DNA of 64,000 nt from a virus (Duplodnaviria; Caudoviricetes). The stretch lies in IMG/VR virus record IMGVR_UViG_3300034012_000625, positions 1,259-65,258 of that record. One strand, 5' to 3'. A model generated the notes under the pieces. That model worked only from the letters and a program-made list of their open reading frames with translations. It ran no database searches and was not told the DNA's origin. The first letter of the stretch is position 1. The number at the start of each line of letters is the position of its first letter. Position numbers and translations under genes: made by a program. Below are positions 36,201 to 45,371 of the stretch, piece after piece.

Positions 36201-39200
36201 GCAGCACGGTACATCGTGTCGATGTCTTGAATGGGTGTAGACAGAACTTCTTCCGACAGAGCTACCAGTCGCTCAAGCGCACTTTGCTGGCTCTTGTTGA
36301 TGCCAAGCAGCTTGCGGATAGCTTCGACGAACACCTTAAATCCGTTCGAGCGCTTGTACTCAATACCAGCCAGGTACTTTTGTATTTCAATTTCAACCAT
36401 GCCATACGCAACAAGCTCATCAATGTTGGCAAGCATTTGTCTTGTGTTTAATTTCTCTGGCACTGGCCTGCCCGCAGCCCGATCCTCCCTCACTTTTTTC
36501 ATGATGAACTTGCGAAGGATTTCTAGGTCGGCTACCGGCCCACCTCTTACATTGCGAGTCTGTCTTGTAATAAAGAGCTGCCCCATGGTCGCCAGATGAA
36601 GCATCTCGTGCAGCAGCGTCCTGTAGTTTGTGCCGACTACCTTTTCTGGCTGACCAGGGACATTAGGACCGTTGACTCTTACGTCGTACTTTGGACTCTG
36701 GCCTGGACCAACAGGAAGCGGCGTTACCGTGCCGTAAGTATTCTTGCGGCGGAATCTGCCTTTGATGACCCCGAAACTCATTTGAATTCCGCGATCATTC
36801 ATAAGCTTGACGCGATTGCGCACAGCCTCTGCCACGGTTTTGGCAAAGTTATTGGGTGCGTTCTTCACCAACCAGTTGGATAGCTGTACTACATCCATGC
36901 CGTCAACCTCTTGAGCTATCTGCTCCAAAGGCTTTTCGATCGTGTACGTTTGCTGATCCGGTGGGGTCGGCGGTTCTTGTGGCGGCTTGGGTGTCGTTGG
37001 TTTCTTGGGCGGTCTAGGCTCTGTGCGTAAGACACCAAATACGTTTTCCAGCGGTGTAGCTACAGCTACATTGCCAAACATGTCTGGCTCTGCCGTTGCC
37101 TGCTGTGCTGCTTTATTGGCTTCTGCCGCAAGCTCAATCAGAGAATCGCCGATTCTGCGTGGCGCGTTCTTGTTGGCGGCAAACATGCTGACTACCTCTC
37201 GAGTCAGCGGGTCCATGTCTATGTCACCTTGATCTATGTACTCACCTAGATCTTTGCCCTGCCGGCGCGCATTGACCGCCAACTCAGCAGCCTTGGTTAC
37301 ATAGTTACGAACATCGTAGTCACCGGCGTTCTGAAGATTGGACATCGCAGGAGCTGCTATGGACATGCCGCGCAGTATCTGTAGCGCCTCTGGATCAGTG
37401 GTTTCTGCATACAGGTCTATCAGCGCATCATTCTCATAAGCGCGGGCGAACAGCGCGTTTGCCAGACGAGTTTGTGCGAGCGGTGTAGGTTGCCCCTGAC
37501 GGTTCATAAGTTGCGCTTGCTCTTCTTTAGGCATCGCAGCAACAAACTGACGCAAAGAAGAAATCGTAGGGCTACCATCTGTAAGGAAATCAATTCCTTG
37601 CAGATCAAACCTGCCCATGTCGATCTTCGCCTGCTCCGTCGGTGACATGCCCAGCTGCCCACCGACATTACTCTTGTCGGCAATGTCAGGCGTCAATGAT
37701 GACTTGGGCATGATCCGAACAAGGACGGGCTGCTCCATAGCATCGATTACGCTTGATTCGATGCCATGCGCTTGATCCTCTAACATACTACGCACGTAGT
37801 CGGTGTATGGCCCGCTGCGATACAGCTCTTGCAGCCCAGCTATACGCCCGTTACCAGCAACCGGTCTAATACCTTCAAATGCTGGATCAGCGTACTGCTG
37901 GACGGTCGTGCCATCAGCGCGATTGCTTGGCGTGATTTCACGCGCATCTAGCACTGCGTATTGCACAGGAATCTTGGTGCCGTCAGACGCAGACACAACA
38001 TCAACGCGACCCAATTGATTTTCATCAATCTGTACATCACTAATAACCACAGGCGCACCCGCACCAAAATCTCTGGACACAGACAGGCGGTTGTAGTCCG
38101 GCTGCCGAGCGATGCTCATCATCTGCTGGATAGATGCTGGCTTGGTGCGATCACGGTTTTGGATGGCCGCAAACGACAAGCCAAAGTCCTCTGGCTTACC
38201 CTCCCAGTAGTTCTCCATCGCCTTGGTTACATCTTCCGGTGGCTCTGGCATAGGTTTCGCAGGAGGTGGCTCCGCCGGCGGGGCGACCGCTTCCACAGGC
38301 GGCACAGCAGGCGCAGGCTCTACCCGTGCAGCAGGTTGTACTGCTGGTTCTGCCGTTGGTTCTTCTGTCGGCTTGACCTCTGGTGGTGGTGCTTCTGCCC
38401 TGCGTGTCAGTCCAGCAGCAGTGCCAAGACCAAGGCCGCCTACAGCAGCCATACCCATAGTCTCGCCCACGCCTTCTGTCAGGCTGCGAGTAGGATCGAC
38501 TTTCTGCGCTTGATAGTTCTGCGCTACCTTGCCGCCACCTTCTTCGATCATCTCGCTGATAGTCTCGCCTACACCGCCCTTGGCAGCAGCAGCACCTCTA
38601 GCAGCAAGACCGCCTTTGATTGGCACCTTCGCCATGGCGCGTTCGATAGCACGGCCACCGGGCAACAGCTGTGCTGCCAGTGAGATTACCGCAGCGCTTG
38701 CGCCCGACGCACGAGCGTAGCCCAGCGCGCGGCCAGCAGCTTCAGTCTCGGACACACCTTTATCCACCATCTCTTTGTACAGCTGGACATACGTATCTGC
38801 ACCAATGTCAGCACCTTGCTGTGTGGCGCCCGTGCCTACAGCGCCAGCCACAGCAGTCCTAGCGCCAGCACCGGCTAGGCTCAAACCACGCGCAACCGCC
38901 AGACCCGGTAGCAGGTTTGGTGCTTGCTCTGCGATGAAGTTAGATAGCAGCGCAGGATCCTTGATAGTCTCCATGAAGGCGGTAACGCCCTTGGATATCT
39001 CACCTTCTTTTCCTGCTTCTTTGATCTTGGCTGCGCGCTCTGCCTCACGGCGCTTCAGCTCTTCTGACTTCATAGCCTCGCCAGTCTCGCGCATCTCGCG
39101 GCCGATTCTGGTCAGACCTGTGTCAGAGAAGTCGCCGGTAGCCAGACCGTATAACTGGCCTGGCAACTGTGTCAGTGCGCCAGCACCGGAGACTACGCCA

Positions 39201-39376
39201 GCGCCAATATCCTTGGCAGCCTCACCAAAGGTGCGTTCTTTTGGTGCGGCGGGTGATTCCACCGGCTGCGCTGCCATATTAGAGCGCAACGCGTCAGCAA
39301 GTGCTTGAGCAGCCTGCTTGTCGCCCGCTCTGTGTGCGTTGAGAAAAGCGCGTTCAAGCTCTTGTGCTGTAGCCAT
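33263..39376 (-). CDS. Large polyvalent virion/ejection protein (DdrB-like ParB, HExxH peptidase-like and LPD38-like domains)
   Basis: 2037 aa; 'QNRDR...GAPVV', 'AGNGRIAGL', 'LLHEMLH', C-terminal 'RDNFWWF...RIPKPFEIG'. Confidence 0.7.
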   Translation of the reverse strand: MATAQELERAFLNAHRAGDKQAAQALADALRSNMAAQPVESPAAPKERTFGEAAKDIGAGVVSGAGALTQLPGQLYGLATGDFSDTGLTRIGREMRETGEAMKSEELKRREAERAAKIKEAGKEGEISKGVTAFMETIKDPALLSNFIAEQAPNLLPGLAVARGLSLAGAGARTAVAGAVGTGATQQGADIGADTYVQLYKEMVDKGVSETEAAGRALGYARASGASAAVISLAAQLLPGGRAIERAMAKVPIKGGLAARGAAAAKGGVGETISEMIEEGGGKVAQNYQAQKVDPTRSLTEGVGETMGMAAVGGLGLGTAAGLTRRAEAPPPEVKPTEEPTAEPAVQPAARVEPAPAVPPVEAVAPPAEPPPAKPMPEPPEDVTKAMENYWEGKPEDFGLSFAAIQNRDRTKPASIQQMMSIARQPDYNRLSVSRDFGAGAPVVISDVQIDENQLGRVDVVSASDGTKIPVQYAVLDAREITPSNRADGTTVQQYADPAFEGIRPVAGNGRIAGLQELYRSGPYTDYVRSMLEDQAHGIESSVIDAMEQPVLVRIMPKSSLTPDIADKSNVGGQLGMSPTEQAKIDMGRFDLQGIDFLTDGSPTISSLRQFVAAMPKEEQAQLMNRQGQPTPLAQTRLANALFARAYENDALIDLYAETTDPEALQILRGMSIAAPAMSNLQNAGDYDVRNYVTKAAELAVNARRQGKDLGEYIDQGDIDMDPLTREVVSMFAANKNAPRRIGDSLIELAAEANKAAQQATAEPDMFGNVAVATPLENVFGVLRTEPRPPKKPTTPKPPQEPPTPPDQQTYTIEKPLEQIAQEVDGMDVVQLSNWLVKNAPNNFAKTVAEAVRNRVKLMNDRGIQMSFGVIKGRFRRKNTYGTVTPLPVGPGQSPKYDVRVNGPNVPGQPEKVVGTNYRTLLHEMLHLATMGQLFITRQTRNVRGGPVADLEILRKFIMKKVREDRAAGRPVPEKLNTRQMLANIDELVAYGMVEIEIQKYLAGIEYKRSNGFKVFVEAIRKLLGINKSQQSALERLVALSEEVLSTPIQDIDTMYRAAGRKFELAEKEEPPTPAQKAKAAAQKALQKRTLKKSQFDGVPDDLYNALEPIFAPQNKTIIDKIDGMRDGFFMKLAQGVADQYRSIKDISEEAYMKARMSKTIDGALEGILFNGEVKLTDGALDIAKDTKGLLKALEPVGMEVDRYQIWVALNRENAIYEKSRRAESQIDSLKLEIQRLTAERKAAGTAREANKINDQIEQIKKEITNLRSSIKGTSINPDVVAKRDQLSAGKIDGKSRLEVYQQVQKDMNRLNRSVLNIALKQGLINREAYDIYANDINYIPFYKVMDEGGDVQAAATKSGLVNQYFSKALKGGEKPFGDLMENTLRNWSHILSASMKNEAANATVRATMDLGGAFPNLKVGLEWRDGKVYSSKSGELIGDGKLKPEYTTSGKGMIKTMIDGKPAYFDIVDPMLLESIMSIGYMGPKSKFVDVARDFKNLLQFGVTLSPAFKIRNLFRDSISAIAVTDLKKNPFANVIEGWAASDRNNPAHISALAGGAIFNFGSAYEGDQAKLIKRLLDSGIKGENILDNEKKIQAGIGKAWRAYQELGNKSESANRMALYKQLRETVNPETKKNYTHLEASFYARDMLDFSMQGSWPAFRLLTQVVPFLNARVQGLYKLGRDGIIPTSRVIYNTATGKPIEATDKQRAEQFSVVMGAVVLASLMLYMAFKDDEEFKKREQWDRDNFWWFRLPGMDAAVRIPKPFEIGAMGTLAERVLEQIIDQGAEGKVFGQSISRMLTDTFAINPMPQVFKPLVDLYANKDSFTGAPIETAGMERLSKAERIAERTSPLAIGLSQVANVFLPESMEVSPVQTDYAIKGYLGWLGGTISATSHYAVMPFSKSAYPDANWTETMSMGFIKTLPATQSKYVTAFYENNKEISQAYADMRHFAQLGQADKVQEILKEKGDKIAMAKFYDNASKDMAKMRQVIIAIRNDENMTGAQKKEETDRIKVLIGELAKQMEEARIEVKKTYATSQ

Positions 39377-40789
39377 TTATTTTCCGCCGTACTGTTGCAG
39401 GGCTTTCTGTGCTTCTGGACTTAATTGATATGCCGAGGCGCCGGTTGTTGATGGCCGACCAATCTGCCCTTGCAGTCTGCGAGTTTCTTCTTCCACGGCT
39501 GCTTTATATGCATTTGGATCACGCAAACTCATGGCAAAGTTCATATCAACTTGCGCTCGCTTGGATATGTTGTCAGCCGCCTTGTCCGCCAAAGTTGCTG
39601 CATTGACGCTAGGGCCGCCTTTAACGACGCCAACAGCCTCGGCAAGCGTGGCATTTGGATTGGTCTTGCGCATGTCTGCCAAGACTCGTTCTGCCAGTTG
39701 ACTGGTCTCGCCCATTCCGGCTCTTGCAAACGCACCGCTCTGCTGCAACTTTTCAACATCAAGCCTAGTCTGGGATTCAAGCTGGGCAATCGCCATGCGA
39801 TACGCCTTTTCTTCGTTGACCTTCCACACATCCATGTTTAATTTTGTAAGATCGCCAACAGTTTTGTTGTACTGATCAACAGACTTGATTTCTATATCAC
39901 GCAGTTCTTTGAGCTTGGCGTCGTAACGATCTTGTGCCTTAGAAGATTGATCACGCTTGAGTTGGTTCTCTGCCAACGTTAGTTGACGCTCGGCCTTTCT
40001 GATATCGTTTTCTGTCTCTCTGATATCTTTCAGGGCTGCGCCATACTGCATGACGCCCTGTCTGCCGACTGTAGACAGAACCTCAAACTCTTCGCCCTGT
40101 CGAGCGCCAAGCAAACCAAAGCCCGCCATGATTAGGGCGTTACCAAACGCCTGATCTTTGCGCCCTTTCAATTCCTCGCGTCGCGTTTTTTCTTCCTCGC
40201 GCATCTGCCTGAACATAGCCGCGTCATCCAGCCCAGCTTGTTTTTGCGCCTCACGCAATAAATCAAACTCACCCTTGAGAGAAGGCTCTGGACGGGTTGG
40301 GTAATCTCGCAATCTCACGCCGCCCATGCCAGCTTCTTTCGGGAAAGCCAAGCCTTGCAAATCACTTTGTGCTGGTCGTGCTGGTGGTTCTTCTTGCGGC
40401 ATAGCCTCTGGCAGAGAAGCCAGACCTCGGCGTAGCGTATCGCTTGCAGATACCAGCTCTCCGTCTGCATAGCCCGGCACATCTCCGCCTTCAGCAAATG
40501 CTACAAGACCACCGCCCGCCATTTCTTCTGGCAAGCCCGAAGGTAGCGCCGTCATACCTGCCGATGCCTGCTGCGGCATGGCTTGTTGTGGCGCAGGTTG
40601 ACCCAGCACTTCATCTGCCACGGTCTGCTGCGGCATCTGCATGTTCTGCTTCTGGATGCGGTCGATCATCATCCCGGCCATCACAGCCTTGGTCGGATCT
40701 ATCAGACCCCTCTGCGCCATCTGCTGCAACTGTGTCTTGCTGTACTTAGTTGCCAGCGACTGTATCTCTTGAATGCCGGGGATAGCCAT
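39377..40789 (-). CDS. Internal virion/ejection protein
   Basis: Gln/Ala-rich, coiled coil, 'MAGGGLVAFAEGG'. Confidence 0.6.
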   Translation of the reverse strand: MAIPGIQEIQSLATKYSKTQLQQMAQRGLIDPTKAVMAGMMIDRIQKQNMQMPQQTVADEVLGQPAPQQAMPQQASAGMTALPSGLPEEMAGGGLVAFAEGGDVPGYADGELVSASDTLRRGLASLPEAMPQEEPPARPAQSDLQGLAFPKEAGMGGVRLRDYPTRPEPSLKGEFDLLREAQKQAGLDDAAMFRQMREEEKTRREELKGRKDQAFGNALIMAGFGLLGARQGEEFEVLSTVGRQGVMQYGAALKDIRETENDIRKAERQLTLAENQLKRDQSSKAQDRYDAKLKELRDIEIKSVDQYNKTVGDLTKLNMDVWKVNEEKAYRMAIAQLESQTRLDVEKLQQSGAFARAGMGETSQLAERVLADMRKTNPNATLAEAVGVVKGGPSVNAATLADKAADNISKRAQVDMNFAMSLRDPNAYKAAVEEETRRLQGQIGRPSTTGASAYQLSPEAQKALQQYGGK

Positions 40790-40790
40790 C

Positions 40791-41831
40791 TTACGACTCC
40801 GTCATGTTGTGCAGACCCAAGCCCATCAGGCCGCCTTTAGCGCCAAAGATCGGCAAGCCTTGATTTGCTCTGCTGCCTGCATAAATACCTGCCAAACCAG
40901 TTAGCTGCGCCCCTAGCGACGGCGGTGCTTTGTAAAGGCTTTCCGTTGATTGCATCGGCATACCACGCGCCATCTCCATGATGAACTGCGCCTGCTGATA
41001 GGGGAACTGCTTCTGCCGTAGGAAGTCTTGGTAATCCTGTTCGTACTTCTTCTGCTGCAACGCCTGACGCTCTGCGCCCGCTGCTGCCTGCAAGCCGACA
41101 ATATCCTTGGCCTGACCGAACTGTAGTTGACCTAACTGGCCTAGCTGTTGCGCACCCTGCAACGCCGACTGCAAGCCAAGCTGTGACGCCTGTAGACGAC
41201 GTGCTTGCTCAGACTGGAACTGCTGTGCTGCCTGTTCGTACGCTGCCTGACCGCCTCTAGCCTGGATGTCACCCATCTGCTGCGCCAGATTACGCTGGGC
41301 TTCTGCTTCCATGATGGCCTGACGCGAGCCGCCAAACGCACCCGCGCGAGAGGCTTGGAAGCCACGCTGCGTACGTGCGATGTCTGCCTGACGCTGTGCT
41401 TCACGCTTGCCTATGTCCACCACGTTCTGCATGTACGGCGACATGTAGGACTGTGCCATGCCGGGATCTGTAAAGGATCCACCAGCCAAGAGAGATGGGT
41501 TGTAGATGCCCGCTAGGCCAGCTTGTCCTGCGCCGCCAGCCATCTGGGCAGCCGGGTTCACATACGGAGATACCGCTAGGTTGGCCGTTGCCTGCTGTGC
41601 TTGCAGCTGCATAGGGTCAAAGCCCGCTATACGCTGGTACTGATATGGCTGGTACTGCTGCTGTGCTAGGCCGGCAGATTCTGCCAATACTTGGTTGACC
41701 AACGGCTGGACTTCCGGCGCGTAGGACAGCGCCGTCTGCGTCATAGCACTGGGAGCGCCTCCGCCATCACCACCGCCCATGCTGAACGTAAACCAAGAAG
41801 GGTTGAACAACCATTTCAAAAAGTTAAACAT
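40791..41831 (-). CDS. Internal virion/ejection (DNA pilot-like) protein
   Basis: Gln-rich, 'YMSPYMQNV', 'GAFGGSR'. Confidence 0.65.
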   Translation of the reverse strand: MFNFLKWLFNPSWFTFSMGGGDGGGAPSAMTQTALSYAPEVQPLVNQVLAESAGLAQQQYQPYQYQRIAGFDPMQLQAQQATANLAVSPYVNPAAQMAGGAGQAGLAGIYNPSLLAGGSFTDPGMAQSYMSPYMQNVVDIGKREAQRQADIARTQRGFQASRAGAFGGSRQAIMEAEAQRNLAQQMGDIQARGGQAAYEQAAQQFQSEQARRLQASQLGLQSALQGAQQLGQLGQLQFGQAKDIVGLQAAAGAERQALQQKKYEQDYQDFLRQKQFPYQQAQFIMEMARGMPMQSTESLYKAPPSLGAQLTGLAGIYAGSRANQGLPIFGAKGGLMGLGLHNMTES

Positions 41832-42270
41832 TTAGATGCTCCTTGCGGTAATTGTCGTACCGCTCAACCATGATCTGTTTCCACACTTCAGGCATGTAGT
41901 TTGCTGCTTGTTCGGGGCCAACACAAATATGCACGGCGTAGGTAATGATGTTGCCAACCGCATACCGCAAGCCGTGCGCTATTTCAATGCCATGCTCGTC
42001 CTTCGTTCTTTCGTAGTGATTGGCCGTCTGATACGCCGACACTACCGCGATCCACATGGGCAAGATCGCATACTGTATTGCTTGGTAAAACTTGTTCATC
42101 GGCAGGTAGACCAGACAGATCATGAACGCGTTGTTGATCTTCTGTTCGGACACATCCTTGTCCTTGTCTACCAAATCATCCCAAGTGTGCGCCAAGTCAA
42201 TAAACATCCGATACATGGCGAGCGCATCTTCGTTGCCACCAAACCACTCTAGCTTGCCTTCTAGGTTCAT
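41824..42270 (-). CDS. Helical protein with an isoprenoid-synthase-like DDxxD motif
   Basis: 'LAHTWDDLVDKD'; looks all-helical; coupled to both neighbours. Confidence 0.55.
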   Translation of the reverse strand: MNLEGKLEWFGGNEDALAMYRMFIDLAHTWDDLVDKDKDVSEQKINNAFMICLVYLPMNKFYQAIQYAILPMWIAVVSAYQTANHYERTKDEHGIEIAHGLRYAVGNIITYAVHICVGPEQAANYMPEVWKQIMVERYDNYRKEHLNV

Positions 42271-45200
42271 GCGGGCAGGTACTTCTCTGCCTTGCTGTTA
42301 ACCGCTACCTTCTGCTTGCCCACCGACTTCTTGCGGGCGCGCTGGATTCTGTCCATCATCGCGTACAGCTTGCGGGCGCCAGCATCTGTGGAACCGTTGC
42401 CAAGCTCTGACACGATACGTGCAGGGATTACAAACTCGCCATCAGCAAGACGAGCAGGCTGACGCTCGCCAATGACAGCAGGGATAGAATCAGAAACTCC
42501 ATCTCCCGGTCCTTTCAATAGTCTGCCGCCGTCAGAATAACCGCCCAGATTGGCTATGCCACCACCAGCCATGCGCACAGTTTCACCCGATTCTTTTGCA
42601 CCTTGAAAAAACTTGGCCATTTCTGCGGAATCAATATTGTTATCGCGACCAAACTCATTGATCCAGTAATTAAATCCTGCCATGTCTGGCGTGCGGCCTA
42701 GATTCTGCTCGTACAATTTGTATAACTGCTCGCGGGCAAGATTATTTGCTTTGCCTGTAGTTGGATCTGTACCGTACAAGAACGGTGCTTTTGCCTGCAA
42801 TGCAGCAGCCTCTGTCTGTGTCATGCGGCTGCCCATCTGGTTTGGATCAAACCCACGATAGCCAGCGTTGGCCATGTCCACTTCTTTTTTCAAGCCAGCA
42901 ACCAGCCGGTCTTTGATTGGATCTAACCCGCCTGCCTTGCCTATCTCGCTCATGTAGTACTCAAGGCCGGGAATATCTGGATCACGCCCACCCGCCTCGC
43001 GGTACAACGCTGTCAGCGCTTTCTTGTCCGCAAGTTCAGTTGCTGAGTTATTCATGAACAACTCTGCTTCTTTCGAATCAATGATGTTGTCCGCGCCGAT
43101 AGTCTTCATGTAGTAGTCAAACCCTGGCGCATCTGGGATACGTCCAAGCTTGGTCAGATACAGCTCTGTCAAGTCAGCTCGCGCCTTCTCGTTCGGGCCA
43201 GTCTGATACTGTCTTATGAGTGCGTTCTCTTCGGGCTTGTTCTCGAAGTAGTTGTACTGGTACGCGCCCGGTGCTGTAGATATTTCACGCTGCCCCGGAG
43301 CTGTAGGCGTAGTCGGGGTGGTCGGCGTAGTCGGAGTGGTCGGTGTAGTTGGTGTAGTCGGAGTTGTTGGCGTTGTGCCACCCGCAATACCGCCAGAAGG
43401 CGCTGTGGCCGACATCTTCGGCATCGGCAAACCTGGAACAACAGGGCCGGAATAGCCGTACTGTGCAGGGTTATACGCAACGCCGCCTTCAATCATTGCT
43501 CTGCCAGATTCGTCATACACCATCTTTGGCACCAGAGGCTTGGCCAAGTTGGTGAAGAACTCTGGCGAGTATTCCAGCGTCTTTTCTAGTGCCGACGGCG
43601 CCATAGGGCTGGTGCGCGAGTAGTACTCCAGCCCCGGCAAGTCTACCTGTCGGCCAAGCACACGCTCGTAGATATCTGCTACCTGACTTGGCGATGCTGC
43701 CGATGTCTGCCCGCCGGATGTAGGCGCTTTACTGCCAAGACGGAAACTTGTATTTGCAAACGGCGACTCTACGGCTGTCGCTTTTTCTTCGCTAGTACCG
43801 GTTTTTCCATAACCAAAAGCATCTGGAATGCCGCCGCCGTAATACAGCGCACCTTGTGGAATGTTGACTGTGCCGGAAGTTGACTGTGCAGCTGGAGCAG
43901 CAGCTTGTTGTGTGACAGTAGTTGCCCCACCGCCTGTATTTGCTGTGCTGCCTCCGCCGGTTGCCGCTTTACTTGCAGCAAAAGATTTTGCTTCTGGCGA
44001 ATTCATAATCTCTGCCAACATTTGTTGATTGGTCATTGCTCTACCATCAACTGTCGACTGCGAATAAAAAGCCAACCCTTGCGGATCTGGCGCACGCCCT
44101 AGATATTGTTGAAATGCTGCTTCAATAGCGCCACCCTCGGCCAGCTGCTGTTCTCCTGTGTACGGATCTACACGCGCCTCGCCCGCAGGACGAATGACGT
44201 TCTCAGAGATAGGGCGCTGTGCTGGTGTTGCGTACTTCTGCGACATCTGGTTTGCCATCGGGTACATGGTGTTTGCACCGACTGCATTCATCCGTGACAT
44301 CTGCTCTACCGTGCCGCCATCTGCCAATGACATCAGGCCGCCGCCCGCTGCGTACACTTCTCCTGTCGGCGTGAACCGTGCGTTCGGGAAGTAGTTGCGC
44401 TCAGATGTACCAGCCACACCCATAGGCTGCGGATCGTACTCGTATCTCAGAATATCAAGAGGCTCGCCGGGCTTTTGCTGTGGGAACTTGCGCGGTGATT
44501 GTGATGCGCCATACAAACTTGTTGCTAGTGCCGCAGACTCGTATGGATTGTCTTTGACAAACTGCATGAGCTTTTTGGGATCGGTAGCAATATCCTTCAG
44601 GCCACGTCCCATGGCAGACAGCTGACCGGTAAAGGTATTTGGTGCTGCCGCTGTTTTTGCTAGGCCTTGCAGACCAGCCATGCCGCCGGCAGCAGGGTCG
44701 GTGGCGGCTCGCAACACAGCATCTCTGGTAGTTGTTGCAGCCGCTGTAATTGGTGCAGCACCAACGCTTCCCGCCATGCCTTGCAACGCTGGCTCAGTCG
44801 CTGCGCGCAAAGCTGCTGGTGCGCCAGTTGCTGCTTGAGCAAGTATGGACTGACCCGATGCTGGAATAAATGCATTACCTGCCAAACCTTGTAGTGCAGG
44901 TTCCGTTGCCGCACGTAACGCTGCGGGAATTGCTGATCCGGCAGCTGACCCTCCAGCGCCCGCTGCTGCGGCACCCGCCGCCGCTCCACCTGCTAGCGCA
45001 CCACCCAATCCAGCACCACCATACGCACCAAGACCTGCCATCAAACCTTTGCTCAGACTGCCGGTAGCTAACGTACCAACAGCCGCCGTGGTGAGCGCTG
45101 CTTGCATAGCTGTCATGCCCGCAGCCTTCAACCCGATACCCGCGATTGTTGGCAGGATGGCTGCAAGGAAGAATGCTTCTGGCAATCCCGTTTCTGGGTT

Positions 45201-45335
45201 GATTGTCAGGCTGCCGCCGTGCGCCATGGCCAGCGATTGCAAGCCTTTGACCTCATCCGGGGACATGTGAACAAGGACAGAATCGCCGCGTCTACCAGCG
45301 CCCTGAAGATGTTGGGCTAAATTATGGAGGCTCAT
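42267..45335 (-). CDS. Virion protein with five DUF4214-like (LGRxxD.xG..Y) repeats
   Basis: N-terminal 'GRRGDSVLVH...INPETGLPEA', five LGR.PD-like repeats, (TPT)n tract, C-terminal 'GPGDGVSDSIPA...LADGEFVIPA'. Confidence 0.65.
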   Translation of the reverse strand: MSLHNLAQHLQGAGRRGDSVLVHMSPDEVKGLQSLAMAHGGSLTINPETGLPEAFFLAAILPTIAGIGLKAAGMTAMQAALTTAAVGTLATGSLSKGLMAGLGAYGGAGLGGALAGGAAAGAAAAGAGGSAAGSAIPAALRAATEPALQGLAGNAFIPASGQSILAQAATGAPAALRAATEPALQGMAGSVGAAPITAAATTTRDAVLRAATDPAAGGMAGLQGLAKTAAAPNTFTGQLSAMGRGLKDIATDPKKLMQFVKDNPYESAALATSLYGASQSPRKFPQQKPGEPLDILRYEYDPQPMGVAGTSERNYFPNARFTPTGEVYAAGGGLMSLADGGTVEQMSRMNAVGANTMYPMANQMSQKYATPAQRPISENVIRPAGEARVDPYTGEQQLAEGGAIEAAFQQYLGRAPDPQGLAFYSQSTVDGRAMTNQQMLAEIMNSPEAKSFAASKAATGGGSTANTGGGATTVTQQAAAPAAQSTSGTVNIPQGALYYGGGIPDAFGYGKTGTSEEKATAVESPFANTSFRLGSKAPTSGGQTSAASPSQVADIYERVLGRQVDLPGLEYYSRTSPMAPSALEKTLEYSPEFFTNLAKPLVPKMVYDESGRAMIEGGVAYNPAQYGYSGPVVPGLPMPKMSATAPSGGIAGGTTPTTPTTPTTPTTPTTPTTPTTPTAPGQREISTAPGAYQYNYFENKPEENALIRQYQTGPNEKARADLTELYLTKLGRIPDAPGFDYYMKTIGADNIIDSKEAELFMNNSATELADKKALTALYREAGGRDPDIPGLEYYMSEIGKAGGLDPIKDRLVAGLKKEVDMANAGYRGFDPNQMGSRMTQTEAAALQAKAPFLYGTDPTTGKANNLAREQLYKLYEQNLGRTPDMAGFNYWINEFGRDNNIDSAEMAKFFQGAKESGETVRMAGGGIANLGGYSDGGRLLKGPGDGVSDSIPAVIGERQPARLADGEFVIPARIVSELGNGSTDAGARKLYAMMDRIQRARKKSVGKQKVAVNSKAEKYLPA
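43302..43376 (-). repeat. Imperfect 9-bp tandem repeat encoding (TTP)~8
   Basis: TTPTTPTTPTTPTTPTTPTTPTTPT in the 1022-aa protein. Confidence 0.8.
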
Positions 45336-45371
45336 AGCACATCCTTACAAAATTTTGTCAATCGTATCACT

